Counted from the stretch's first letter, positions 29,255 through 41,119 are shown. The stretch: 64,000 nucleotides of DNA from an uncultured delta proteobacterium (GCA_963827685.1 CAWHBU010000004.1:192001-256000); one strand, 5' to 3'. The notes: a model not told the origin generated them from the letters alone. Translations and numbers: made by a program.

Positions 29255-30933
29255 TCATCTCCCGGTGGTTTTTCTTAAGATCGCCCCTGTGTTCGCTGAC
29301 CCCACCCTATCTGCATAGCGTCTAAGATAACCTGTTTTTGCCTTGGGCTCAAATTCAGGTAGCTGGGCCAAACGATTATTTATTTCTTTATCCGTTAATT
29401 CTACTTCAAGTTTATGATTCGGAATGTCAATATGGATCATGTCCCCATCACGTAATGCGGCAATGGGACCACCACTTGCCGCTTCTGGAGAAACATGACC
29501 GATGGCAGCACCACGGGTTGCTCCGGAGAAACGACCATCTGTAACGAGAGCGACTTCTTTGTCCATCCCCATGCCGCAAAGCAATCCAGTAGGCCACAGC
29601 ATCTCCACCATTCCTGGACTCCCCCGAGGTCCCTCATAGCGACGATGATGACGTCCCCTGGCTTAAACTGCTGCTTCATAATTGCTGTTGTGGCTTCATG
29701 CTCGGAGTTGAAAACCCGCGCTGGCCCCCTATGGACAAACATTTCTGGAGCCACTGCACCCCTCTTAACGACTGCACCATCGGGGGCCAAGTTGCCGAAT
29801 AAAATAGTGACTCCACCTATCTTAGAATAAGGGTCTGACAAGGGCCGAATAACGTTCCTATCTCTAACCTGTGCCTGGTTTATATTCTCGGCTAAGGGCT
29901 TCCCGGAAATCGTCTTCACTTTAAGTTTTAGCAACTCTCGTAGTTCCTTCATCAAGGCATGCACACCGCCAGCAAGGTCTAAATGCTGGATACGGTGGTC
30001 TGAGGCGGGACTAAATTTACACAACTGAGGTGTCCGATCGCCAATCTCATTGATCGCTGATAATGAAAAATCGATCCCTGCTTCATGAGCTATCGCCGGG
30101 AGGTGTAGAACAGTGTTTGTGCTACCCCCGAAGGCCATGTCAACGACAAAGGCGTTGTAAATAGAATCCTTCGTCACGATATCACGGGGACGAATGTCTT
30201 CTGCTAAAACCCGCATGATCTGTTCCCCTGATTGCTTGGCGAGATGAATTCGCCTTGTATCGACGGCAGGAATGGTACCGTTGCCCGGCAGCGCCATTCC
30301 CAAAGCCTCGGTCAGGCAATTCATGGTGTTCGCCGTCCACATCCCGGCGCAACTGCCACAAGTAGGGCAAGCATGATGTTCTAATACTTCCAACTCCGCT
30401 TGACTCATCTCGCCTTTGATGGTCTTACCCATTGCCTCAACAACTGTTCCGAGGTCGATCAGTCGCGTCTTGTCTTCCTCCACGACCTGCCCAGCTAACA
30501 TGGGTCCGCCGCTAACAAATAGAGAGGGCAAGTTTGCTCTCAATGCTCCCATCAGCATACCTGGAACGATCTTGTCACAATTGGGTATAAAAACCAAACC
30601 ATCAAAGGGATAAGCTTCCGCCAAGATTTCGATGGTGTCAGCGATAAACTCCCGACTGGGTAAGTTATACCGCATACCAGGCGTCCCTTCATTGATACAC
30701 TCGCCGAGCGAAATCGTACCCACCTCAAAAGGTATCCCCCCGGCATTCCGCACACCTACTTTTACCCAATTCGTAATCGTGTTCAGGTGAACGTGACCAG
30801 GAAACATCTCGTTGAAGCTATTGATCACCCCGATGAAAGGTTTCTTAAGGTCCTCCTCGCTGCACCCTACAGCATATAATGCGGCGCGCGTTGGAGCCCG
30901 TTCAATTCCGAATTTTACTTTATCACTCCTCAT
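29255..30933 (-). pseudogene. ilvD: dihydroxy-acid dehydratase with one frameshift at 29641; possibly an assembly error
   Basis: CDKIVPG, CPTCGSCAGMWTANTM, GGSTN, TDGRFSG; adding one base restores [12 protein letters not shown]. Confidence 0.9.
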
Positions 30934-31112
30934 CTTAATTTTTTTGGTAGTGTTTTTAGCTCGATGTTGTTCTTTGATCAAAGAATGCCATCTCTCATTG
31001 GCCTTTTTATAAGACAGATCTCAAATTCCTTTAGAGTTGATAATCTACCATGTTCAATTTTTTTGTCAATGAAAAATGGTGTTCACGACCGTATCCGGGG
31101 CATATAAATAAA

Positions 31113-31141
31113 TTGACAAATTTTTTTGATGCTGTTAGAAT
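31113..31141 (+). promoter_or_regulatory. sigma70 promoter
   Basis: TTGACA-N17-TAGAAT upstream of the MBL/beta-oxidation genes. Confidence 0.65.
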
Positions 31142-31179
31142 TGTGATGCTTTTCACAATACTTGCGGATCGGATAGGCC

Positions 31180-32004
31180 ATGGTCCGAATGTCGATACGC
31201 CTAAAAGAGGAAGGGCCGATCATCGCCATAAGGATGACCAGTCAATTTCTAGGCATCCCTCTTTTCAAGGTTTACGCCTTTTTTATCGATGGCTTACTGA
31301 TCGACACCGGATTCGCCAACGGGCGAAAAAAATTCATGAAACTCTGTGATCGCCTCCGTCCCGCCATCGTGGTCAACACGCATCATCATGAGGATCATAC
31401 GGGCAACAATTACTGGATAACTAAAAAGTACGGCCTTTTACCCTTAGCACATCCTAAGACTTCGTCTTATATGAAAAATCCTTCTCAGTGGATACCGTTC
31501 TATCGGCGATTCGCGTGTGGAACGCCACTTCCTTCAGAGACCGGTGAGTTGGGCTCAGAGATTCAAACAGAAAGGTTCCGGTTTTTGGTTGTTCCCACAC
31601 CCGGGCATACGGACGACCACATCTGTCTCTATGAACCTGATGAGAGATGGCTTTTTTCAGGAGATCTCTTTATCATCGAACAAATAAAATATCTGAGAGA
31701 GGATGAGGATATCTATTCCATTCTCAATTCCTTGAAAAGGGTCGCAGCTCTCCAGCCTAAGAAGATGTTCTGTACCTTCAGTGGAATCGTTGATAACCCC
31801 GAAGAGGCCCTCCATCATAAGATTGAGTACTTAGAAGATCTTCAGAAAAAGATTGAAGAAGGACTTAAAAAGGGTCTATCCGCTCGGGGGATTCAACGGA
31901 AACTCTTAGGCAAAGGGGACCGTTTCTCTATTATGACAACAGGTCAAATGGGTAAAAAGAACCTGATCAATGCTTTTCTCAGATCAAAAGGGGTAGAACG
32001 ATGA
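31180..32004 (+). CDS. MBL-fold metallo-hydrolase
   Basis: LIDTG, THHHEDHTG, TPGHT, FSGD. Confidence 0.9.
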   Translation: MVRMSIRLKEEGPIIAIRMTSQFLGIPLFKVYAFFIDGLLIDTGFANGRKKFMKLCDRLRPAIVVNTHHHEDHTGNNYWITKKYGLLPLAHPKTSSYMKNPSQWIPFYRRFACGTPLPSETGELGSEIQTERFRFLVVPTPGHTDDHICLYEPDERWLFSGDLFIIEQIKYLREDEDIYSILNSLKRVAALQPKKMFCTFSGIVDNPEEALHHKIEYLEDLQKKIEEGLKKGLSARGIQRKLLGKGDRFSIMTTGQMGKKNLINAFLRSKGVER

Positions 32005-34409
32005 ATCAGAAGATCAAAAAGGCAGCGGTATTGGGGGCAGGGGTAATGGGAAGTGCGATCGCTGCCCATCTGGCGAATGTAGGAATCCCTTCCTTTCTCC
32101 TCGATATTGTCCCACCGGAGATGACGGAGGCCGAAAAGAAGAAGGGCCTGACGTTGAAAAGCCCGGAGGTGAGAAATCGATTCGCCATCCAGGGGAAAAA
32201 GAGAGTTCAGGAATCAAGTCCTGCGGGCCTCTATCTGAAAGAGGATGCAGGGCTCATGACCGTAGGAAACTTTGAAGATCATCTCTCCTGGGTTTCACAG
32301 GCGGATTGGATCATCGAGGTGATCGTCGAAGATCTCAACGCAAAGAAAGACCTCTTCAAAAAATTGCTCCCCTTTCTAAAGGAAGGAACGGTGATCAGTT
32401 CAAATACTTCCGGCATCTCCATTAATAAAATGTGTGAAGGATTCTCACGGGATTTCGCAGAAACGTTTTTAGGAACCCACTTTTTTAATCCGCCAAGGTA
32501 TATGAAACTTTTAGAGATCATCCCAATCCGGTCAACCTCCAAAGGCGTCGTAGAAAGAATGGCCCATGTGGGCGAGAAGATTTTGGGAAAGGGAGTGGTC
32601 TACGCAAAAGATACGCCTAACTTCATTGCCAATCGAATTGGAGCCTTTTCAAGCGCTGTTACCATTCGGACAATGATGGAAGAAGGCTACCGGATTGAAG
32701 AGGTGGATAAGATCACAGGACCTGTCATGGGGAGGCCGAACAGCGCTACCTTCCGCACCGCCGATCTCGTGGGACTGGATGTCTTGGCCCACGTTTTCAA
32801 AAACCTCTATGAGAACCTTCCCGAGGGGAAAGAGAGGGAATATTTCGTATTCTCTCCTTTTATCCAACAGATGGTAAAAAACCAATGGCTGGGTCAGAAG
32901 ACAAAGCAGGGTTTTTATAAGAAGGTAAAAGGGGAGGGGAAAGAAGAGACGCTGGTTTTGGATTATGAAAAAGTCGATTACCGCCCCCAGGAGAAGGTAA
33001 ACCTTCCCTCTGTAGAAATGGCGAAAAATATTGAGGATGTTGGAGAACGGATGAAGAGCCTTGTCATGAGTCCTGATCGGGGAGGACAGTTCGCCTGGAA
33101 GATTATGAAGAAGACTCTACTCTATGCAGCAGAGAAGATTCCTGAAATTGCTGATGATGTCGTTAGTATCGATCGGGCCATGAGATGGGGATATAATCAG
33201 GAACTGGGACCCTTTGAGAGCTGGGATGCCATCGGCCTGAAATCCTCTGTGAAGAGGATGGAGAAGGAAGGGGAAGTCATCCCCCCGCTGTTGGAACAAC
33301 TCCTTAAGAAAGGGTATTCTTCTTTTTACGAAAAGAAGGATGGCCGTATCTTTTACTTTGACCTGGGAACAGGCAAATACCAGGAGGTCGAAGAGAAGCC
33401 AGAGATTATTCTTTTACCAAGCTTGAAAGACAGAAAGAAGACTGTTCTTTCAAACCCTGGAGCGAGTCTCGTGGATCTCGGAGACGGAGTGGCTTGCCTC
33501 GAATTTCATTCCAAGATGAACACCATTGGAGCAGATACCATCCAGATGATGAGGGATGCCCTCAAGGAGGTGGACGAGAAGTTTGAAGGGTTGGTTATAG
33601 GGAACCAATCAGAAAACTTCTCCGCTGGGGCAAACCTGATGCTTATCCTTTTTGAGATCCAGAACGAGAACTGGGATCGAATCGAGGAAGGTGTCAAGAG
33701 TCTTCAAGATACCCTGATGGCCCTCAAATATTTTCAGAAACCCGCCGTAGCCGCCCCATTTGGTCTGACTTTGGCAGGGGGTTGTGAAGTTTGCCTTTCT
33801 TCTTCCCTTGTTCGTGCGGCTGCGGAAACTTACATGGGCCTCGTCGAAGTGGGCGTGGGTCTCATTCCCGCAGGGGGCGGGACGAAAGAGATGTTGCTAC
33901 GGTGTACGGAAGGGATTCCTTCTGAGGTAGAGGCAGATCACTTTCCTTTCGTTCGCCGGGCCTTTGAAACAGTGGCTATGGCCAAGGTGGCGACCAGTGC
34001 AAAAGAGGCGCAGAGAATTGGCTTTATGAGATCGGCTGACAAGATTACGATCAATCGAGATCATCTCATCCACGATGCTAAACGGTCGGTGCTTCATCTC
34101 GTCGGAGAAGGCTATCAACCTCCTCGACCGAAAAAGAATATTAAGATTTTAGGAGAGAAGGGATATGCCCTTCTTCAACTCGGTCTCTTTACGATGAGGG
34201 AAGGCGGCTATATTAGCCCATACGATGAACATGTGGGGAAGAAATTAGCCTATATTTTTTCAGGGGGGAATTTGCCAGACGGAAGCGAGGTAACCGAACA
34301 GTATATCTTAGATTTGGAAAGGGAAGCCTTTGTGAGCCTTTGTAAAGAGCCCAAGACCCAGGAAAGAATTGGACATATGCTGAAAACTGGGAAGCCTTTG
34401 AGAAACTAA
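32001..34409 (+). CDS. 3-hydroxyacyl-CoA dehydrogenase / enoyl-CoA hydratase fusion (FadN-like)
   Basis: GAGVMG, SNTSG, HFFNPPRYM; C-terminal crotonase domain FSAGANL, GLVEVGVGLIPAGGG, KPLRN. Confidence 0.92.
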   Translation: MNQKIKKAAVLGAGVMGSAIAAHLANVGIPSFLLDIVPPEMTEAEKKKGLTLKSPEVRNRFAIQGKKRVQESSPAGLYLKEDAGLMTVGNFEDHLSWVSQADWIIEVIVEDLNAKKDLFKKLLPFLKEGTVISSNTSGISINKMCEGFSRDFAETFLGTHFFNPPRYMKLLEIIPIRSTSKGVVERMAHVGEKILGKGVVYAKDTPNFIANRIGAFSSAVTIRTMMEEGYRIEEVDKITGPVMGRPNSATFRTADLVGLDVLAHVFKNLYENLPEGKEREYFVFSPFIQQMVKNQWLGQKTKQGFYKKVKGEGKEETLVLDYEKVDYRPQEKVNLPSVEMAKNIEDVGERMKSLVMSPDRGGQFAWKIMKKTLLYAAEKIPEIADDVVSIDRAMRWGYNQELGPFESWDAIGLKSSVKRMEKEGEVIPPLLEQLLKKGYSSFYEKKDGRIFYFDLGTGKYQEVEEKPEIILLPSLKDRKKTVLSNPGASLVDLGDGVACLEFHSKMNTIGADTIQMMRDALKEVDEKFEGLVIGNQSENFSAGANLMLILFEIQNENWDRIEEGVKSLQDTLMALKYFQKPAVAAPFGLTLAGGCEVCLSSSLVRAAAETYMGLVEVGVGLIPAGGGTKEMLLRCTEGIPSEVEADHFPFVRRAFETVAMAKVATSAKEAQRIGFMRSADKITINRDHLIHDAKRSVLHLVGEGYQPPRPKKNIKILGEKGYALLQLGLFTMREGGYISPYDEHVGKKLAYIFSGGNLPDGSEVTEQYILDLEREAFVSLCKEPKTQERIGHMLKTGKPLRN

Positions 34410-34423
34410 AATAATTTTAGCCA

Positions 34424-34452
34424 TTGACAATTACTCAATAATCATAGATAAT
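34424..34452 (+). promoter_or_regulatory. sigma70 promoter upstream of the thiolase
   Basis: TTGACA-N17-GATAAT. Confidence 0.55.
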
Positions 34453-34500
34453 TAACCGTCGATCGTTGATTATTGATCAACGATCAATCTTGGAGGCATT

Positions 34501-35682
34501 ATGAAAGAGGCAGTGGTAGTTTCTGCGGTAAGGACGGCCGTTGGCAAGGCCCCTCGAGGCATATTGAGGGATACTCGGCCTGATGATGTGGCAGCGATCG
34601 TCATGAAAGAGGCTGCCGCAAGAGTTCCTGGCCTGAAATTGGAGGAAGTGGAAGACGTCGTCTTGGGCTGTGCCTTCCCTGAATCCGACCAGGGGTTGAA
34701 TCTTGCAAGAGTGGTGGCTATGATGGCTGGATTTCCTTACACGGTGGCAGGGCAAACTGTCAATCGATTCTGCTCCTCTGGACTTCAGGCCATTGCGACC
34801 GCCGCATATGAGATCATGGTAGGGGGGGCAGACGTGATCATTGCAGGAGGCGTGGAGTTTATGAGCCAGGTTCCGATGATGGGCCTGAGTCCATCGCCGA
34901 ATCCCTATTTAGCAGAGCATCATCCCCAGGCCTACACGCCTATGGGTCTCACAGCAGAAAATGTGGCTGCACAATTCGGGATCTCGAGAGAGGAACAGGA
35001 TCGTTTCGCCCTCTCGAGTCATCAGAAAGCAGCCAAAGCGATTCGGGAGGGGAAGTTTAAGGAGGAGATCGTTCCTATTCCTGCCAAGGTGAAGGAAGTC
35101 AAGGAGGATGGAACGATCACAGTCAAAGAGGTTCTTTTTGACACGGATGAAGGGGTGCGCTACGATGCTTCACTGGAAGGGATGGCTGCCCTGAAGCCAG
35201 CCTTTAAAGTCAAAGGTACGGTGACGGCTGGCAATTCTTCCCAGACGAGTGATGCGGCGGCTGCTCTCGTTTTGATGTCGAAGGAAAAGGCAGAGGCGCT
35301 GAAAGTTAAACCCATGGCTATCTTCCGATCCTTTGCTGTGGCGGGGGTTCCGCCCGAAATCATGGGGGTCGGCCCGGCTTATGCCGTTCCCAAAGCGCTG
35401 AAGAAGGCCGGCCTCACTCTTGATCAGATCGGACTCATTGAACTGAACGAAGCCTTTGCCTCCCAATCCCTCTATGTCATCCGGGAGTTGGGATTGAATT
35501 TAGAGATCGTGAATGTCAACGGAGGGGCCATTGCCGTAGGCCATCCTCTGGGATGTACCGGAGCAAAGCTGACCACTACCTTGCTCTATGAGATGAGACG
35601 AAGGAATGTTCGCTACGGCCTCGTGACCATGTGTATCGGAGGCGGGATGGGGGCTGCTGGCGTTTTTGAAAAAGCGGACTAA
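34501..35682 (+). CDS. fadA: acetyl-CoA C-acyltransferase (3-ketoacyl-CoA thiolase)
   Basis: [24 protein letters not shown]. Confidence 0.93.
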   Translation: MKEAVVVSAVRTAVGKAPRGILRDTRPDDVAAIVMKEAAARVPGLKLEEVEDVVLGCAFPESDQGLNLARVVAMMAGFPYTVAGQTVNRFCSSGLQAIATAAYEIMVGGADVIIAGGVEFMSQVPMMGLSPSPNPYLAEHHPQAYTPMGLTAENVAAQFGISREEQDRFALSSHQKAAKAIREGKFKEEIVPIPAKVKEVKEDGTITVKEVLFDTDEGVRYDASLEGMAALKPAFKVKGTVTAGNSSQTSDAAAALVLMSKEKAEALKVKPMAIFRSFAVAGVPPEIMGVGPAYAVPKALKKAGLTLDQIGLIELNEAFASQSLYVIRELGLNLEIVNVNGGAIAVGHPLGCTGAKLTTTLLYEMRRRNVRYGLVTMCIGGGMGAAGVFEKAD

Positions 35683-35756
35683 CAATTTTCAACGGACAAC
35701 GGTCAACGGAAAATATGGTATTGATTATTTTTAGTTCATCTTGAAAGGAGGATATT

Positions 35757-37535
35757 ATGGAACAGTTCGTTAAGGGGGGTGCGTTTTTGCTTGAATCGAT
35801 TTCTCCTCAGGAAGTCTTCACCCCGGAGGACTTTAATGAAGAGCAAAAGTTGATCGCGAAGGCAGTTACCGAATTTGTTGTAGGCGAAATTGTACCAGTG
35901 GCCGACGATATTGAGGCGAAGAAAGAAGGGCTGCTTTCAAGCCTGCTCAAGAAGGCGGGGGAGCTTGGGTTTCTCTCCGCAGACATCCCGGAGGAGTATG
36001 GGGGACAGGATTTGGATAAGATCAGTTCCCTCCTTGTCTGGGAGAAGATGGCCCAGGGAGGAGGTTCCTTCTCGGCCTCCTGCGGGGCTCACACCGGAAT
36101 TGGTTCTCTTCCACTTGTCTTCTTTGGCAACAAAGACCAGAAGAAACGTTATCTACCCAAAATGGCTACAGGAGAGTTTATTGCCGCTTATGCCCTGACA
36201 GAGCCCGAAGCAGGCTCGGATGCCCTGAACGCCAAGACGACGGCAACGCTCAGCCCAGATGGAAAATATTACATTCTGAATGGCCAGAAGCAGTTCATCA
36301 CCAATGGAGGAATTGCTGATACCTTCGTCACCTACGCCAAGGTGAATGGAGAAAAATTCACCGCCTTCATTGTCGAGAAGGCTTTCGAAGGGGTCTCGCT
36401 GGATGAGGAAGAGAATAAGATGGGGATGAAAGGGTCCTCGACACGAAGCGTTATCTTCACGGATGTCAAGGTTCCTGTGGCGAATCTTCTCGGGGATGTT
36501 GGAAGGGGCCACATCGTGGCTTTAAACGTCCTGAATATGGCACGTTTCCAGTTGGGTGCAGGCTGTCTGGGAGGGGCAAAGGCCGGCCTGCAGGAAGCGG
36601 TCACTTATGCAAAACAGAGGGTTCAATTCGGTCGGCCGATCGCTGAGTTTGGTTTGATCAAACAGAAGATTGGAGAGATGGCGATTCGATCCTTCATCAT
36701 GGAGAGCATGGTTTATCGGACAGGGGGTTTGACCGATCTGATTCTTCGGCGCATTGACCGCCATGCTGAAGATGTTGGGATTAAGATGGCAAACGGAATT
36801 GAGGAGTATAGCATTGAAGACTCGATCAATAAGATCTTTTGTTCAGAGAATGCGGGCTATATTGTGGATGAAGCCGTTCAGATCCACGGAGGGTACGGAT
36901 ACATTCATGAGTATCCTGTCGAACGGGGTTACAGGGACGAGCGGATTAACCGGATCTGGGAAGGGACGAATGAGATCAATCGCCTGACGATCGTGGACAT
37001 GTTGACCAAGCGGGCCATGAAGAATCGCCTTCCCGTGCTTGATGCAGCACAGAAGGTGGCGAATGAACTCCTCACGCTTCGGCCGAAAGTGGAAGTGGAT
37101 GATGAGAAACTGAGCTTGCAAAAGGAAATGGTGGAGATGTCAAAAAAGATTGCCCTCCTGGTCACAGGGGCAGCGGTTCAAAAGTATATGATGAAGTTGG
37201 CAGAAGAACAGGAGATCATGGGATTGATGAGCGATATCGCCATTCAGGTCTTCGCCATGGAAAGCGGCTTGCTTCGGGCATTGAAGTCGATGGAAAAGTT
37301 AGGAGATGAGAAATCCCAGATTCAGAAGGCCATGGTGAAGGTTTTTGTCAATGATGCCTTTGATCGGGTGGTGAGTTTCGCAAAGCAGGCATTCGCTGCC
37401 ATTGCCGAGGGTGATACGCTTAGGACACAATTGTCCGCCCTCAGAAAACTTAGTCAATTTCCCTCTGTGAATACGGTGGCTTTGAGACGGGGAGTTGCAG
37501 ATTACACGATTAAAGTAGGAAGATATCCATTTTAG
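35757..37535 (+). CDS. acyl-CoA dehydrogenase (long, FadE-like)
   Basis: YALTEPEAGSD, KQFITN, QIHGGYGY, RIWEGTNEI plus C-terminal extension. Confidence 0.93.
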   Translation: MEQFVKGGAFLLESISPQEVFTPEDFNEEQKLIAKAVTEFVVGEIVPVADDIEAKKEGLLSSLLKKAGELGFLSADIPEEYGGQDLDKISSLLVWEKMAQGGGSFSASCGAHTGIGSLPLVFFGNKDQKKRYLPKMATGEFIAAYALTEPEAGSDALNAKTTATLSPDGKYYILNGQKQFITNGGIADTFVTYAKVNGEKFTAFIVEKAFEGVSLDEEENKMGMKGSSTRSVIFTDVKVPVANLLGDVGRGHIVALNVLNMARFQLGAGCLGGAKAGLQEAVTYAKQRVQFGRPIAEFGLIKQKIGEMAIRSFIMESMVYRTGGLTDLILRRIDRHAEDVGIKMANGIEEYSIEDSINKIFCSENAGYIVDEAVQIHGGYGYIHEYPVERGYRDERINRIWEGTNEINRLTIVDMLTKRAMKNRLPVLDAAQKVANELLTLRPKVEVDDEKLSLQKEMVEMSKKIALLVTGAAVQKYMMKLAEEQEIMGLMSDIAIQVFAMESGLLRALKSMEKLGDEKSQIQKAMVKVFVNDAFDRVVSFAKQAFAAIAEGDTLRTQLSALRKLSQFPSVNTVALRRGVADYTIKVGRYPF

Positions 37536-37541
37536 CAAGAT

Positions 37542-37606
37542 TTAGCATGGCCTGCCTGCCGTAGGCTCTGTACCTAATATGGTACAGGCCAGGCAGGTCA
37601 TGCTAA
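37542..37606. repeat. nested palindromic miniature repeats
   Basis: TTAGCATG...CATGCTAA arms enclose CCTGCCTGCCG...AGGCAGG, which is interrupted by CTGTACCTAATATGGTACAG. Confidence 0.75.
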
Positions 37607-37829
37607 CCCCTGTTTGAGGGCTTCCTTCACTCCTTCCTCGGATAAATCATACCATCCCCTGCAGGTTGCAAGCAGTACTTTGAAGGATGAAAATGTTGGG
37701 TTCCGGTTAGAGGTGGTTGTGTGTCAATGAGAAGGGATCAGAAGATATTCAGGTGTCCCAATTTTGGATTCCTACTTTCGTTAGAATGACACCCTTAATG
37801 GTTTATAAACGAATTAATGACTCAGAACT

Positions 37830-38579
37830 CTAAAGCCCCAGGTACGTTTTACGAACCACTTCGTCTTGAAGCAATTGCTCGCCAGTTCCTTGGGCGATAA
37901 TTTTTCCAGAGGAGAGGACATAGTTGCGGGAGGTCATTTTGAAGACCGTGCTCACATCCTGTTCAACGAGCAAGACGGTGATACCTAACTTGCTGATGTC
38001 TCCGATCTTCTGAAATACCTCTGCTCGCAAAATGGGGGCAAGACCTGTGGAGGGCTCATCAATGCACAACAGTTTGGGGTTAGACATCAATGCCCTGCCA
38101 ACGGCGAGCATTTGCTGCTCCCCGCCGGAGAGCGTCCCGGAGATCTGGCTTGACCGATCCTGGAGCGCGGGAAACAGTTGATAGACCTTGCCTAAGTTAA
38201 CCCGAACTTCATTTTTATCCTTCAATAGGTAAGACCCGACCATGAGATTATCGATCACCGTCATCTCTCGGAACGGCCTTCGCCTCTCCGGACAAAGGAT
38301 CAGACCTCGCTTAACGATTTCATGGGCAGGTATCTGATCGATTCGCTCTCCATCAAAGGTTACCGTACCCTCCAAAATCACCTCACCATGGGTTGACCTG
38401 CGAGTAAGCTCCCTCTCCCAGGCTACCAATCCGGTGATGGCTCTTAACAGGGTCGATTTGCCAGCCCCATTGGGACCCACGAGGCTGACCAGTTCACCCG
38501 TATCTACCCCCATGCTCAAATTGTTAATGAGCATGGCCTTGTCATACCACACCGATAAACTGACAACTTCAAGCAGCAC
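37830..38579 (-). CDS. livF: ABC transporter ATP-binding protein
   Basis: GPNGAGKS, LSGGEQQM, IDEPSTGLAP. Confidence 0.9.
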   Translation of the reverse strand: MLLEVVSLSVWYDKAMLINNLSMGVDTGELVSLVGPNGAGKSTLLRAITGLVAWERELTRRSTHGEVILEGTVTFDGERIDQIPAHEIVKRGLILCPERRRPFREMTVIDNLMVGSYLLKDKNEVRVNLGKVYQLFPALQDRSSQISGTLSGGEQQMLAVGRALMSNPKLLCIDEPSTGLAPILRAEVFQKIGDISKLGITVLLVEQDVSTVFKMTSRNYVLSSGKIIAQGTGEQLLQDEVVRKTYLGL

Positions 38580-38581
38580 GT

Positions 38582-39349
38582 CTAAATACCTCCTCCGCCG
38601 AGGTAGGCCTCAATCACTTGAGGATTTTTGATGACTTCATCGGACGTTCCGTCGGCAATGATGGTCCCGAAATTCAAGACGATAATACGATCCACGATCT
38701 TCATCAACCAGTGAAGCTGATGTTCGACGATGATCATGGCCGGTCCTTCACTGTGCAATCGACCGAAACGGCCACCCTTGTGCAGGCGCTTGATGGATTT
38801 GGCCATGAGCTCAGTCTCAGCAGGGCTCAGCCCCCCGAAAGGCTCATCCAAAAGGAGCAACTCGGGCTCCGTGGCCACGGCCCGCGCCACCTCCAGCCTT
38901 TTAAGGTCACCCTGTGACAGCGTAGAGGCGTTTTCCCGCGCCATGTCTGAAATGCCTGCGAATTCCAGGGCATCCATGGCCTTTGCCTCCAACCGCTTGA
39001 CCCATTCTCCCCTCTTCATGGCACGTGGGCACATGCAGGAAACCATGACGTTGGCGATGATAGGGAGTCGCCGGAAAGGTCTCATGTTTTGGAATGTACA
39101 AGCAATGCCCATATTGACGATATTCCATGTCTTGCGGCCTATGATTTCCTTTCCCATGAAACGGACGCTTCCGGCATCCGGCTTCAAAATTCCGGTGATC
39201 AGCCGCAGCAGAGTGGTCTTGCCAGCACCGTTTGGACCGATCAGACCAATGATCTGATCCCTTTCCATGGAAAAGCCGACGTCATTGACTGCCTGAAGAC
39301 CGCCGAAGGTTTTGGTGAGCCCTTTAATTTCAAGGAAGGATTGGGTCAT
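38582..39349 (-). CDS. livG: ABC transporter ATP-binding protein
   Basis: FGGLQAV, GPNGAGKT, LDEPFGG, EAYLG. Confidence 0.9.
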   Translation of the reverse strand: MTQSFLEIKGLTKTFGGLQAVNDVGFSMERDQIIGLIGPNGAGKTTLLRLITGILKPDAGSVRFMGKEIIGRKTWNIVNMGIACTFQNMRPFRRLPIIANVMVSCMCPRAMKRGEWVKRLEAKAMDALEFAGISDMARENASTLSQGDLKRLEVARAVATEPELLLLDEPFGGLSPAETELMAKSIKRLHKGGRFGRLHSEGPAMIIVEHQLHWLMKIVDRIIVLNFGTIIADGTSDEVIKNPQVIEAYLGGGGI

Positions 39350-39350
39350 A

Positions 39351-41060
39351 TCAGCTCTCTTCGCTCTCTTCCCTTAACTCCCTGCGTGAAACCTTTCCCA
39401 CGTCCGTCTTCGGGAGCTCACCGCGGAATTCGATAATCTTGGGAACTTTGTAGTGGGCGAGATTCTCTTTACAGAAGTTAATAATCTCCTCTTCAGAAAT
39501 TTTGCCCCGGGCCTCGCTTTCCAGAACCACATAGGCTTTGATGAGATTACCCACCTTTGGGTCGGGCACTCCCACGACGCCAGCGGCCTTGATTTGAGGA
39601 TGCTGAAAAAGGACCTCTTCGACATGTCTCGCGAAGACCGAATATCCTTTGAACTTGATGAGATCCCTTTTGCGGTCAAAGAAGTGGAAATAGCCTTCCT
39701 CATCCATGCTGACAAGATCTCCGGTTCTCAGCCACTTCTCCCCGTCAATTTCGATCAATGATTGGCGGGTTTCCTCCTCCCTTTTCCAATAGGCCTGCAT
39801 GATGTTCGGCCCGCTCAGAATCATTTCTCCAACTTCGCCAACCGGCAGGTAATCCATGCCTTCATGATTGATAATGGCGGCCTTCATGCTGGGGATGGGA
39901 ACCCCAAAAGAACCCCTCTTGGGCCTGAAACGAGGACTTCCGTGGCTCAGGCTGGTCGTTTCGGTCATCCCATACCCTTCTAAAATCTGTGACCCGGTTC
40001 TTCTCTCCCATGCTTCAACGGTTGAATCATGAAGGGTATCCGCACCGCAGGCGATCATTTTGAGCCGCTTCCAGTTGACCCTGTCCGTCTTTTCATATTC
40101 CTTGAGGTATTCAAACATGGTGGGCACACCATTGAACGCAGAGACCTGATATCTTTCCATGGCGGATAGGATGTCGTCTATATCCGGTGTGGTAAAGAGG
40201 ACCATGGTGAAGCCCCGAATAATACTTGCAAACATCACGACAACCTGGCCATAGATATGGAAAAAGGGTAAAAAGGCCATAACGATTTCGTTGCCTTCTT
40301 CAAAGAAAGGCCAGAATGCATGTCCCTGAGCCTGCATGGCCACCAAATTAGCGTGGGTGAGGACAGCTGCCTTGGGAAGCCCAGTGGTGCCCCCCGTGTA
40401 GGGAAGGATGGCAATATCTCTTGTCGGGTCGATAGTTACCTTGGGAGGCTGGGGCGGATATTTCTTGATGAGCTCCTGAAAATCAAGGAGACCGGCCTGT
40501 GCTCTGAACTCGGGGGTAGGAACCTGCAGTTCCGCATAGTCCTTTCCCAGCATCCCCTTACCCAAAACCTTCTTGAGCGTGGGCAAATATTCAAGAACAC
40601 TGGTGAGGATGACATTCTTCATGGCGATGCCGGTCTTCTCCACATTATCGTACAGGATGTCCTGACAGACGATGGTCGTCGCATCGCTGTCCTGGAGCTG
40701 ATGTTTTATTTCATGGCTGGTGTAGACGGGGCTGATGGGGGTGACTTTCGCGCCGATTCTCAAGGCCGCGAAATAGGCGATGACATACTGCGGGCAATTG
40801 AGGAGGAAGAGGGCGACCGTATCTCCCTTCTTTACTCCTAAAGAAGTCAGGGCCGTGGCAAAACGGTCGATCAGCTCTTTCAGGTCTGCATAGCTGACCT
40901 TTTTCCCGTAGAAGATTAATACGGTCTTCTTGCCGTATTTTTCTGCTACCTGATAAAAGAGGTCGGGAACGGATACGTTGGGTATGTCCACGGTCTCAGG
41001 GACACCTTCGGGATAGTACTTCAGCCAGGGTTTTGAAGCGTAAACTTCCTTTGCATTCAT
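39351..41060 (-). CDS. long-chain-fatty-acid--CoA ligase
   Basis: YTGGTTGLPK, EGYGMTE, LRTGD, LPKTDVGK. Confidence 0.92.
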   Translation of the reverse strand: MNAKEVYASKPWLKYYPEGVPETVDIPNVSVPDLFYQVAEKYGKKTVLIFYGKKVSYADLKELIDRFATALTSLGVKKGDTVALFLLNCPQYVIAYFAALRIGAKVTPISPVYTSHEIKHQLQDSDATTIVCQDILYDNVEKTGIAMKNVILTSVLEYLPTLKKVLGKGMLGKDYAELQVPTPEFRAQAGLLDFQELIKKYPPQPPKVTIDPTRDIAILPYTGGTTGLPKAAVLTHANLVAMQAQGHAFWPFFEEGNEIVMAFLPFFHIYGQVVVMFASIIRGFTMVLFTTPDIDDILSAMERYQVSAFNGVPTMFEYLKEYEKTDRVNWKRLKMIACGADTLHDSTVEAWERRTGSQILEGYGMTETTSLSHGSPRFRPKRGSFGVPIPSMKAAIINHEGMDYLPVGEVGEMILSGPNIMQAYWKREEETRQSLIEIDGEKWLRTGDLVSMDEEGYFHFFDRKRDLIKFKGYSVFARHVEEVLFQHPQIKAAGVVGVPDPKVGNLIKAYVVLESEARGKISEEEIINFCKENLAHYKVPKIIEFRGELPKTDVGKVSRRELREESEES

Positions 41061-41119
41061 TTCCTTATCCTCACACTTTTTTTCTTCCTCTTCGAGAGGG
41101 AGATTTTTGACCCGATCAA